Source: Dimorphilus gyrociliatus
Taxonomy: Eukaryota; Animalia; Annelida
DNA length: 64,000 bases
Direction of reading: 5' to 3'
Assembly: GCA_904063045.1 (NCBI GenBank)
Contig: CAJFCJ010000021.1
Location: 310,001 to 374,000 of the forward strand
Below, in pieces: positions 14,266 to 25,412 of this stretch (positions are counted from its first letter, which is position 1; every line of letters starts with the position of its first letter). Both the position numbers and the translations under genes were made by a program. The notes beneath the pieces are model-generated. The model was not told the origin of the DNA. It saw only the letters and a program-made list of their open reading frames with translations, and made no database searches.

Positions 14266-15814
14266 ATTTTAAATTCTGAAATTATTCTCTACTTTCAACG
14301 TTAAAATTGCCAAAAATAAAAATCACATTTAATGAATAAACACTAATTCGGTTATATAATAAAATCAATTTTTAAAAATTTTAATAGTTTTAACTTTCAT
14401 AGAAATTCTTTAATACTACAAAAGTATTGAATAAAGAAAATCTTGAACAATAGATACAGGTGAGGCCAATCTGGTTGAAAGGTACATATTTCTTTAATAT
14501 TTAATAACAAATAAAGGAGGAAGAATGAAAATCACGAACTTGGAAATGAACATCAAAGGGATACTATTGTTTATATATATCTTATATAGTAAGTTCTTCT
14601 AAACTATTACATAATTTTGAAAGAATGTGAAAATGAATTAAAATTACTATTTTTGAGTTCAGAAATCATAACCATAAACACGGAACAAATTTGAAATTCA
14701 TATGAATAATCATTTTTCTCTATTCATTTTTGCAATATAAGATTTTCTATCATTTGAAAATTTTTAGGAAATGATCTGTCAATCTGTTTATAGTAATTAT
14801 TTTCATTTTTCAGCTTCTATTCTTCCAACCTATCAACAGAAAATAATACATATTTTCCCTTCAAGAATTTCTCAGGCGGTTAGGTTTTGTTCCGAGGAGA
14901 GCAACGTTATTGGAATACCAACTTTTAGCGCAGTTCTATCTTCCAAGTTTTCTCAAAGATTAGAACACTTCGTAAATCAAAGTTTCAAGCGCATTAAACC
15001 TACCTTTCTTTTAAATTATACTGGAATGCCTTCAACTGAACAACGTACAGAGAATGGTATATAATAAAATATTATATAAAGAGATTGTTTCATTTATCAA
15101 TTGGTTTCTTCTTAGGCATGCCAATTAATTTAACAAAGACACGCAGTAGCGACCCAAAGTGTATTTCGTTTAATAAATATGGAGAATTTAAAGAAGAAGA
15201 TTGTCGTCAGACTCAATATTTTTTATGTTAGATTTTTACAAATATTCTTTTAGTTTTCGACTTTCATGTAATAACTCATTTATTCCATTTGAAAAGGTGA
15301 AGAATTCGTTAATGCTACCAGTAACAAACAATGTTCAAATCTGTACATGGGACCGAATGTTCAGCAAAGAAATTGGATAGACGCTAGGGAGGAATGTAGA
15401 AAAAGAAATAGGTCATTGATTGAGATTATCTCTGTCGAGATGGAGCAAATCGTTAAGAATTATTTGAAATCTAGAAATATTTATTCAATATGGACGGGTG
15501 TATCTAATATAATTTGGCAAGAAGTCATTGATGATAAGGATTTAAAAAACAAATTATGTGTGGTATATTCAGAAGAAAAACAGGAATTTGAATTATTTAA
15601 ATGTACGACATCATTCCAACATTTGACTTTTGGACCAATTTATACGGTTTGCCAAGAAAGTAAGCACTAACTAAAAAGAGAATTCAGTGAATAATTTAAG
15701 AATAAACCGAGTTTGTTTTTAGGCAATTTTCAAGTAGAAGATGTGAAAGAACCGAAAGATAATAGTCGCTTAAAGCTATGTGAACGTACAATTGAAGAAG
15801 GAATTAGTAGTACT
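14266..15814 (+). repeat. Recent segmental duplication, copy B (partner 3946-5480)
   Basis: Direct visual alignment with 3946-5480. Confidence 0.95.
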
Positions 15815-16259
15815 AACTATTCGCAAACAACTATTGGTCCTAATTTACATATTACAACAACAACACCAAGTAAACGAGGTTAGATTATTTTATTATGATT
15901 TCTATTAATGATGAAAAATCACTTGAAAATATGTGATTGCTTGCTAATATAGAAGATCGAACAGTCGTTACTATTGCAATGATAGCTTCAAGCGTGATAT
16001 TTTTCATTTTAATAATACTTTTTGTTTCGATAATTGTCTATCGCAGGTTTGATTATACTTTAAATAAATTTCTATTTTTTTTATATATCGAATCTAATTC
16101 TAAAATATTAGACATATGAAAACAAAAGAATATATTTCACATATATATGTAAATGGAGAGATTGGGAAGAAACTGGAAAATGATTTATCGAGCAAAGAGA
16201 ATAAAACCAATAGGAAGAATAGTGATGATGATCATACCTACGAGTCTTTAGTATTTTGA
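14546..16259 (+). CDS. C-type lectin-like receptor paralogue with a short tail (CTL-B)
   Basis: Same exon structure as CTL-A through the stalk. It then has a different TM exon (TVVTIAMIASSVIFFILIILFVSIIVYR) and tail HMKTKEYISHIYVNG...DDDHTYESLVF*. Confidence 0.8.
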
Positions 16260-17297
16260 TTAAAGGATTATATAGAATCTGGTCATCGGTAAATTTCTTT
16301 GTAAAATTATAAAATTATCTGAAATATTTGTATGCAGATTGCATTGCATTAAAGGCAACTAGTCTAGAGAAGAACGTGCTGTTGTATTGATAATAATGGG
16401 TTTTGATAACTCCTAATTTACAATAAATGCTGACTCATAAGACTAGTCTAACACGTCTAATATTATTTAACCAAACCTTAAATATTTCGTTAAAACAATT
16501 TTTAAGTAGATATATTATACTTCCTCGATATTAAAAGAGAGTGTCAACTATTAAAGGGAAAAGAAGATATTCACGAAAATCCGATCAATTCCTCTATAAA
16601 TTTATGTTTATAGTAGTCAAAAGAAAACGATAAATATGGCATTAGGAATCGCGAAGTGAGATTGAATCATATGTTACAGATTTATTAGCAGAGTAAGAAA
16701 TAAATGAATGGAGAAAGCATTCAAAATACAAATTGAATCCGTTGTAGGAAGTTAATTTTTACATTGTTATATATTTTATTGTTATATTCTATAACTGTAG
16801 TTATTCCCGCCTATCTCTTATTTGGTAGCTTGTTGGGATATTTTATAACTAACATTCTTTACCAAAAGTTAATCTCAATTCGAGTTATTATGAGTAATCG
16901 TATTTCTAATAATCTAAGATATAGCTTTTTGTATGGCAAGAGAAGAATAACGTAGGTAAAGAGAAAACCGTCTCATCGGACCATGTAAATGATATTAGAA
17001 ATATAGTTGAAATCAATTCATCGTATGAACAAATTAACAGAAATAAGAAAAGGAATAAAAATGATTACTGAAAACGGGTATAGTATTGAAATATTCATTA
17101 AAATAAACTATTTTTTTTTACATAATACACAAACAACAGAAGAATTATTAACCATTCCAATAGCTATTAATAGAAATAACGAACATAAATTTTGTGTTGA
17201 AATCTCTACTCATAATTTACATATTCAATTGTAAGTATTTCGTTTTTGGTGGATTGTCATTGAAATTCTTTTTCTCTATAAACATTATAAAACAACA

Positions 17298-17651
17298 CTA
17301 GACTTTTGGCTTTTTTATTATTTTTCTCCTATTAAGACCTTCCTCCTTCAGTACATTTCGTATTGTTTTTGAACAGCCAGGAAGACCTTGTTCTTTTTTA
17401 ATTTTTGAACTCGAAAATGAGCTATTTTTAGCCATATCAACTATTTTTTTTCTTTCAATGTCGCTATATAATTTTTTTCTTCCCCTTTGTTTCATTTTCA
17501 CTCCATAATTATCTGGGTCTTTAATGTATCTGCTGATGGTTGCATGGTTTCTCTTCAGTTCTTTACCAATTTTCCGGCACGAATATCCTTCCTTTCGTAA
17601 ACTTTTTATCCTAGTTTGCTCCTCTTTCGATAGGTTTGTTCCAGTTACCAT
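17298..17651 (-). mobile_element. Tc3/Tc1-mariner transposase N-terminal DNA-binding domain only (no DDE domain, no TIRs seen)
   Basis: MVTGTNLSKEEQTRIKSLRKEGYSCRKIGKELKRNHATISRYIKDPDNYG...RGRKKLYSDIERKKIV...SSSKIKKEQGLPGCSKTIRNVLK matches the bipartite HTH of C. elegans Tc3 transposase (YLKDPVSYG motif). Confidence 0.85.
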
Positions 17652-17892
17652 TGTTATCACCGAGTTAAGTGAAATTGTCTTGATGGCTTTCTTTGTGTAT
17701 ATGAAACTCCTCACTCGTTATGAGTTGTTAAGAAAAATAGACTTAATTCAACAGATGAAACAATTCAATTGATTCTTATTGTCAAGCCTATTCCTTAGCA
17801 AGTATCATTAAAATATTATCACTTCGTTTGAAATTTGTATAAAGAAGAATACAAGCATCTTTCATTATTTATAAATACGGCAAAAAACCTTG

Positions 17893-18903
17893 TTAAAATA
17901 ACTGTTTTAACACTTTTTTCCATAGTATTTTAAATTCATTTCGAAATTTAGAACCACTTAAACAATAGACATAAAAGTTTAAAGCATTATTTGTAAATAG
18001 AAGAGGAGTTAATAATCTTGAAAAATGAACGATTTTCACATCAGAATCTTTTCCAGAAGAATAAAGATTTGTAGCAAAAAATACTATTGTACTGATATGA
18101 AATGGTAACGATGATATCAAAAAGTATAAAGATATAAATATTAAAGATTTTGTCATTTGACTTAATCTTTCCGTCTTATTATGTTCCGATAATGTTATCC
18201 GACTTCTCCTCTTTGACGCTTTAAAAATTTCAAGTATCATAATTGCATTTACAATAAGTACAACTACAGATGGAGCTAAACATCCAACAGTGGCTAGTAG
18301 TGGTGGTAGAATTTTATTATCCAAATTTTTCACAAATTCAATATTAGATTCACAAAATACGAGAGCCATCCATTTGTATTTTGTATTTGTTAAAATCGTT
18401 ATATTACCAATTCCATGTGTTATGTAAATGTAACTGAAGAGTAGAAAGCTAAATCCAATTGTAATTGAACAGATAAACTTTGTTCTTCGTTTAGTACAGA
18501 TTGTCGAAGCTTTTACTGGAGATAAAACGTGAATAGATCTATCAATTGTCATAAAAACAATTAACCACGAATTTGTAACAGTTAAAAAGAAATGCGAATG
18601 ATATCCAAAAGAGCAAAAGAAAATTCTCTTAAAAGTATCAGATATTACCTTCACATTTACCATATTATTAATACAGCCAATTAGAGTGTATACAATTAAT
18701 TGTAGAGAATCAGTTATTGCTAAAAATCTTAAATATATCGACATTGTTGACAGTTTAAAATCATTTTGACTATTGATAATAAAACTCATAACATTTCCAA
18801 ATATACCAAAAACAAAGATGATTGTATAGAGTATTAAAACAGTAAAATTAAGATATTTAAATTGAGAATATAAAGAAGTATGATTATTATTAGTTGTATT
18901 CAT
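17893..18903 (-). CDS. Intronless rhodopsin-family GPCR (FMRFamide/peptide-receptor-like chemoreceptor type)
   Basis: Seven hydrophobic segments with GIFGN (TM1), LAITD (TM2), MTIDRS (TM3), SLP (TM6) and NNALNFYVYCLSGSKFRNEF (TM7/helix 8). Confidence 0.92.
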   Translation of the reverse strand: MNTTNNNHTSLYSQFKYLNFTVLILYTIIFVFGIFGNVMSFIINSQNDFKLSTMSIYLRFLAITDSLQLIVYTLIGCINNMVNVKVISDTFKRIFFCSFGYHSHFFLTVTNSWLIVFMTIDRSIHVLSPVKASTICTKRRTKFICSITIGFSFLLFSYIYITHGIGNITILTNTKYKWMALVFCESNIEFVKNLDNKILPPLLATVGCLAPSVVVLIVNAIMILEIFKASKRRSRITLSEHNKTERLSQMTKSLIFISLYFLISSLPFHISTIVFFATNLYSSGKDSDVKIVHFSRLLTPLLFTNNALNFYVYCLSGSKFRNEFKILWKKVLKQLF

Positions 18904-19241
18904 TATTCCTCCGTAACTTTCTCTATATTCAATTAACGATAAATACCGTATTAAACGTTGAAATTTGAATATGTCTCTACAATACTACGATAAAAATAAT
19001 AAGGAAAACAGTGTTGTAACAAATTATTAATGAAGTTGAAGCGATATTTAAATAATAGATGATACTTTTTATCATATGTTAATTATGTAATACAAATACA
19101 GCATAGAGTGTACTAGAGTAACAAAAACATACTACTTTTATTAGATGTAAAAGCCTAATATGTATACAGTATAATGAATATATAAATATGCTATAAATCT
19201 ACATTATTAAATCTCTATAATGAAGAATTTGCAATGATTTT

Positions 19242-20270
19242 TCAACAAAAGCTTTTAAACAAATCTTTCCAAAATAGTTTAAATTCATTACGAAACTTTG
19301 ATCCACTTAGGCAATAAATATAAAAATTTACAGCGTTATTGGTCAAGAATACAGGTATTAGGAACTTTGAGAAATGAACAACTTTTACATCCCATACATT
19401 CTTTGAAGAATATACGTTTCTAGCATAAAGTATTATATTAGTTACGTAATAAGGTAATGAGGAAAAGAGAAAATGAAGTGATATAATAATTATTAACTTT
19501 GTTACTTGATTTAACTCCTTTACCTTTTTCGGCTGTAATGAAGTTAGTTCAATTCTTCTTTTAGATGCTTTTAATACTAGAAACATTATTTTACAGTTTG
19601 CTGTTAGAACAATAAATGATGGGATTAGACTTCCAATTACAGCAAAAGTTGGAGGTATTATTTTCTCATCGACATATCTTGCTAACTCAGAATTTGCTTT
19701 ACAATATATAGAATGTATCCAACCATTATGAACATTTTCAGTTATAATACTTTGACCAAATCCATGAATATAATAATTATGAATAAATAATAAAAAACAC
19801 ACTAAAATAGTTAACGAACAGATAATCTTAGATTTATATTTTGTACAGATAACAGAAGATTTCGCTGGCAATGAAATATGAATACATCTATCAATCGTCA
19901 TAAATACAACTAACCACGAATTAGTTAAACTTAAGAAAAAATGTGAATGAATACCAAAAACGCAAAATATAAAATGTTGAAAATCATTATTCATTGTTCT
20001 TGAACTCAACAAATTCGCTTTATATACATTAAATGTATATATTAACAATTGTAAAGAATCTGTTACGGCTAAAAATCTTAAATAGATTGATATTGTAAAC
20101 ATATTAAGTTCTTTTTTCCCATTAATAATAAAACTCATAATATTTCCAAATATTCCAAATACAAAGATCAAGGTAACTAGGATAACAACAACAAGATTAA
20201 TATATTCGTAATGTATATTCAGAGAAATTATAGTTTCATTTAAAGATGAAGTATTCTTTAATTTATCCAT
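19242..20270 (-). CDS. Intronless rhodopsin-family GPCR, tandem paralogue of 17893-18903
   Basis: Same motifs: GIFGN, LAVTDSLQL, MTIDRC and NNAVNFYIYCLSGSKFRNEF. Confidence 0.92.
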   Translation of the reverse strand: MDKLKNTSSLNETIISLNIHYEYINLVVVILVTLIFVFGIFGNIMSFIINGKKELNMFTISIYLRFLAVTDSLQLLIYTFNVYKANLLSSRTMNNDFQHFIFCVFGIHSHFFLSLTNSWLVVFMTIDRCIHISLPAKSSVICTKYKSKIICSLTILVCFLLFIHNYYIHGFGQSIITENVHNGWIHSIYCKANSELARYVDEKIIPPTFAVIGSLIPSFIVLTANCKIMFLVLKASKRRIELTSLQPKKVKELNQVTKLIIIISLHFLFSSLPYYVTNIILYARNVYSSKNVWDVKVVHFSKFLIPVFLTNNAVNFYIYCLSGSKFRNEFKLFWKDLFKSFC

Positions 20271-21390
20271 TTAGAATGAAGAAATGTTAAAATTCAAAGA
20301 TAGTCTCTTTTCTAATTTTGTTGCTAAACTAAACGTTTCGTTCTACCGTTTGTATATATTAACTATATAATCAGATATAAATACACAAGCTTTGACAGTT
20401 TGTATATAATACTAAAAGAAATGTTAATAATAGTAAACATAATTTGTAATAAATGAATAACTCTTACTATATTAAATATTTATTATCAATTATTTAAATT
20501 TATAGATCTATTAGTTCAATCTCTTTTTTTATACCTAATTATACAATCACTGTTTACATTGTTTAACATCGTACACTATCTTTCTCATCTCATTTCACCT
20601 TTATGTATAATAAATAGAGATAAATGACACATAGTCAACTGAAAAAATAATTGGGACAGTTTATATCGTAACCTTAATTATAATAAACACGGTGAAACAG
20701 TTTTTTTTAGCCTATGTAAGTATATAGTTTTTATACTAATCTATATGACTGTAGTAATAGTTATTCGAATAAGGCTGAAGAATACGTCTTTCATGTTGAA
20801 AACTGTTACAAATCTCTATCATATTTAGAAAGGATATACGCGATCTTAGAGTCTATCTATAGCTCTGTAATTTTCCAGTTTTTCATATAAAAATAGATTT
20901 TCTTTTATGTTTTTAAGCAAATAACCAACTATCCTTCAAATTACTTAAAAGCTTTTTTTGTGTTTCGAACAACGTTTTAAGGACTTGTAAAACATTACCA
21001 ATGACAGTACATTTGGGAAAATGATCCTTTTATCGTTAAAGGATTAGTAACTTGATCTGCAAAATTCTAAAAGGAGACGTAAAATTGTCTTTGAAGTAAG
21101 TTAAATTCAAGATGTAGATTAGTCCAAAGAAATACGACATTACACGTAACGTTGTAAGTAATTAAATTTTAAATATTAATATCAATTTGGCCTTGTTATA
21201 TTTATTTTAGTTAGTAATATGTATAAATCACGTCAGATAGCTTTCTCTCCGTCTTAAAAAGAGGCATAAAATAAATATATATTGGTAAAATAATAAGAAT
21301 TATAATACGAATATAGAGAAATGATAAGAATTACACAATAAAGACTAATAGAAAGAAAAACAAACTGCTTAAAAAAAGTTTTGCAAATAT

Positions 21391-21621
21391 TTATGCTGTT
21401 AAACGATCAAGAGCTGCTTCTTTAACTGCTTGGAAATGCTCTCTTCTAAATTTCTTTTCGTTCTTCTTCATCATTCTTCTCGCTACTGATTTTAGATAAA
21501 TTTCCATTGCTGTAACCAAAAAAGCTTGTTGAAGAATAAGAGTTTTTGGTTCGTGCTTAATTCGTCGTTGTCTTATACGCCTCCTCAAATTATTACGTCT
21601 AAATATGCTCCATGTAGTCAT
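21391..21621 (-). CDS. Small basic histone-fold protein, CENP-W-like (putative)
   Basis: 76-aa single-exon ORF with a helix1-loop-long helix2-loop(EKKFRREH)-helix3 pattern resembling CENP-W (RVINKEHVLAAAK). A motif-rich promoter lies directly upstream. Confidence 0.55.
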   Translation of the reverse strand: MTTWSIFRRNNLRRRIRQRRIKHEPKTLILQQAFLVTAMEIYLKSVARRMMKKNEKKFRREHFQAVKEAALDRLTA

Positions 21622-21695
21622 CTTTATACGTCTAATTTATCTAATCGACTTATCGATTCGATGCTTAAATAATCTTCTTAAATATTTATAAATAA

Positions 21696-21745
21696 GGTTT
21701 GAAATTCGACTGTTCCGTTTCTCGCGAACTACGCATGCGCAGTGG
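21696..21745. promoter_or_regulatory. CpG-rich promoter patch (NRF1-like CGCATGCGCA, TCTCGCGA, TTTGAA CHR-like)
   Basis: The sequence TTTGAAATT...TTCTCGCGAACTACGCATGCGCAGTGGGA sits between the RARS2 stop and the 76-aa ORF, in an otherwise CpG-poor background. Confidence 0.5.
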
Positions 21746-21921
21746 GACTGGACATCGAAAAGATTGGGGTTCTTTTCGATTAATACAATTTGAAAGAAAT
21801 ACGAGATGTTGGGTTATAGAAGTTCTTGAAAAGTGCTTCAATAATCTTTTATTGTAATTTTTAACAGTATTATTATTAATACGAAAAGTAAATAAAGGGA
21901 TAACATACCTAGCATAACATA

Positions 21922-23845
21922 CTACATTCTCTCTATTGCTCTTAAACCAATTAATTTAAGACCTTCGCTTAAAACTTTCTTCGCAGATTTAAAGAGATAG
22001 TACTGACAATGTCTTTCATCATCTGATGAAGCATTAATAACTTTAATTTGATCATAGGCTGCGTTAGTTGCTTTGCACAAGCTATGCAAATAGGATGCAA
22101 CGTAATGTGGATCAAGATTGTTGTAAGCTTCGTAAATTGCATGCTCAAAATTAACAAATGTTTGAATCAAACGATCAGCAGCTGGATGATCTAAACCGGT
22201 AATATATTTGGGAAGAGGGAGATCAACCAATTCAGGGAATTTTCGTTCCAGACTACATAATCTAGCATGAGTGTACTGAAGATAAACACCGGTGTTGCCT
22301 TGAAATTGTAAAACTCTATTCCAATCGAATTCGTAATTACGTATTCTTTTCTGGCGTAAGTCCTGATGGAAAGGGGAGAGAAATATAATAAACTACGAAC
22401 AATTATAACATGTATGATTACCTGAAAAACTAGGGCACTAATAGCCAATTGTTCGGCAACACTGTTTAATAAATCATCTTGAATTTTAGTTGTTTTTGTT
22501 TCCCGAATAACAGTCTTCATCTTATCCGTAGCTTCATCAATAATATCTTGAAGAAATACTGCAGTACCTTTCCTTGTACTCATTTTATCTACTCGACCAA
22601 ATTTAACATGAAAATTTGAGTTATTTACAACGTCCTTCCAGTCTAAATTTAATTTTTCAATGCATCCTTTCAATTTGGCAAAGTGGCCATGTTGTCCATT
22701 TTCAACAACATAATGAATCCTATTAAAGTCATGAAATTGTTTACGATGTAGTAGAGCTGCCAAATCTCTTGTTAAATATAGACTACTTCCATCACTTTTC
22801 AATAGAGTAGCATATGACGTGTCTTTATTTGTTGTAGAAAGTTCCATATTGAATAAACCACTCGTTTCATTCTTAATTAAAAGGTTTTTATCAATCAAAG
22901 TTTGACTAAGATCCTTACTTTTTTTAACATAATCAGATTCTCCTTCAGTCAAGTCGAATTTAATATTCAACCTAGGAAAACAAAGGGGTTGAGTGAAGAT
23001 GACAAAAGAGATAAAAGAAAACAAATTAACCTAAATTCATGATAATTGACTTACTTTGAATAAGATAAATTATATTCATGTAAACTTCTTTCTCTAATTT
23101 CTTTCCAAATATTAACTTCATAATTATTTCCTTGTTCTAAATTTGCGGCTTTTTCTAAAGCTAAACTTTTTAAATGCGGATCTTGTTCGCAATCTTTGTT
23201 TATTTGAACGTAAATTTTATATAAGTCTTCCATGATGTTAACAGAGCTATTTAAATCAAATCTATACAATTCAATCCCAAGTATTAGTAGTCCAAACTGA
23301 GTTCCCCAATCTCCTAGATAATTTACTCTTAGTACTTGATGGCCTAAATATTCGTAGAGGTTTGAAATACAGTTTCCCAGAACTGTTGATCTTAAATGAC
23401 CGGCGTGAAAAGGTTTTGCAATATTTGGCGAACTGTATTCAATAAGTACCTTATCATTGTCTATCTTATTTAAAGCACCTTGGCTCTCTTTAAATGAAAA
23501 TAGCGCATTCTGATTTATTGCTCTGCTTATTCCATTGTCAATTTCTTTAAAAGTAGACTTAGCAAATTCGTTCCTATCACAGAATACAAGTAATCCATAT
23601 TCATTCTTTATCGTTTTAAGAACATACGGATGATCGTTTAATGTTTCTTCAATACCTTCTATAAATATATCTATATTATAAGTTATTTTACATTGATCAA
23701 GATATTTTAATGGTAAAATATACTGTGGCCAATGTTGATTATCTTTCCTAACTAATTGAGATCGAAATGCCCAATTTATTATATTAACATTGTCTCTTCC
23801 GGCATTTTTCAAGCCTTTAGTTATAATATTTCTTAAAGTATTCAT
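21922..23845 (-). CDS. RARS2: Mitochondrial arginyl-tRNA synthetase
   Basis: IEYSSPNIAKPFHAGHLRS (HIGH), NYLGDWGTQFG, YLTRDLAA, FGRVDKMSTRKG and the C-terminal LIGLRAIERM. Two short introns. Confidence 0.95.
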
Positions 23846-24459
23846 ATGAAAAGTAAGAAGATGTTATAACACGAAGTCAAAGCATGATAGCAGACGAACT
23901 TGAATTTCGAAATTATTCACAAGTATAATACGATGTCCATATTAAGCGCGAAAATCAATAATTACAAAGTTAAATTAATTGAATCTAAAACTCGCTTTGC
24001 ATAATATTTGATTTCCTTTTGTTGTTGTCAATCATTCTGATAAATTAGGTTAATTAACGATTTACATAAAGAACTAAGTCTCTAAGGAATGAAAGTTAAC
24101 CCTATCAATTCTTTTTGGGCTATAGAAAATCCCTAGTGATGTTGAATAATGCGTTTTAGACTAGATTTGACATTGCACGAAAAGATTTATTAGAATAACT
24201 AATACTTTTATCGATAGGAAAAATTGAAATTCAATTGACTTAGACTATTAGCATAGTCAACTTTCTCTTTTTATGTTTTTTTTTTAAACTTTTCAGAAGA
24301 TTTTACAGAAAACTTTCCTTGTTAATTTTTCAAGAGAATTAGAGTTTATTATCTTTGAGAATTGTATTTACACTTTTATTGAAGAAATTAGTTGTTTTTC
24401 TTTTTAACAAATAAACCTGGGAGTATAACAAAGATAAAATACTTTATAATTTAATAATT

Positions 24460-25368
24460 TCATTTTCTATAACTTCGATTTTTCACATTAGCTTCATCAT
24501 AATAATGTACACCAATTTTTCTAACTTTTTGTTGATTATATAACTTCCTTTTCTGTAAAGGATATAATAAAAGAAAGTGTAAGAAAATAAAACAATCAAT
24601 TATTAATATATAGCAGTTTAATACCTCTCTTCCGCTTAGCTTTTTGGGAATTTCTTCCTCTTCATCAATTTCCTTTGATTTTTTCCTCTTTGTTGTTGTA
24701 TTTTTATTCTTCTTAGATATTTTTTGAGCTGAAAAAGAAATTTTCTCTATTTTTAGCGTACTTGAAGGGGTTTTGCTAGGAACTGATTTAACGCTCCAGG
24801 CGCCTGAAGAGGATTTTGTTACTGATTTTAAATTATCTGATAATTTTTCTTTTTTGTTTAGTTTTTTAGATTTCTCAATTTCGTCAATTGATTTTTTTAT
24901 CTCTATTAACTTTTCTTCATTAGCTGGTTCTTCAGTGGTTGCTTTTTCCGGTTTTGTGATTGAACTTTCCTTTTCAACACCAGCCTGTAACATTTCAAAG
25001 AATTTCTCTACATCCTTATCTTCAATTTGGCTATCGGCTTTCTTAGCCATTTCCCTCTCTATTTCTTCAGTATCGCCATCATCATTTTCGTCACTAAATT
25101 CTTCATCACTTTCTTTCACAGGATCGATTTCTTCGATTTGCTTAACATCATCTCCAGAAAATGTAGGCTCTACGTCGATTTTTCTGTAATCTTGTTTGAC
25201 ATTTAGCTTATTTATCGTTTTAGTTTTCTCTTCTTTGAGTTTTGTATCTCTTTCGCTTTCGGGTGGTTTAACGAAGTAAGGGATTTTTCCCCGTTGCCAA
25301 TCATTCAGAACCATTTTCGCAACAGTGCTATAATCAGGGTTACCGCCCTATTTGTGAACAATAATTGT

Positions 25369-25412
<44 letters not shown>

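Noticed and set aside
24773-25189. Antisense Ser/Phe-rich ORFs (also 62-292, 6113-6379, 41167-41415, 46017-46328, 50403-50702)
   Set aside because: They are reverse-strand shadows of Lys/Glu-rich exons or translations of microsatellites.
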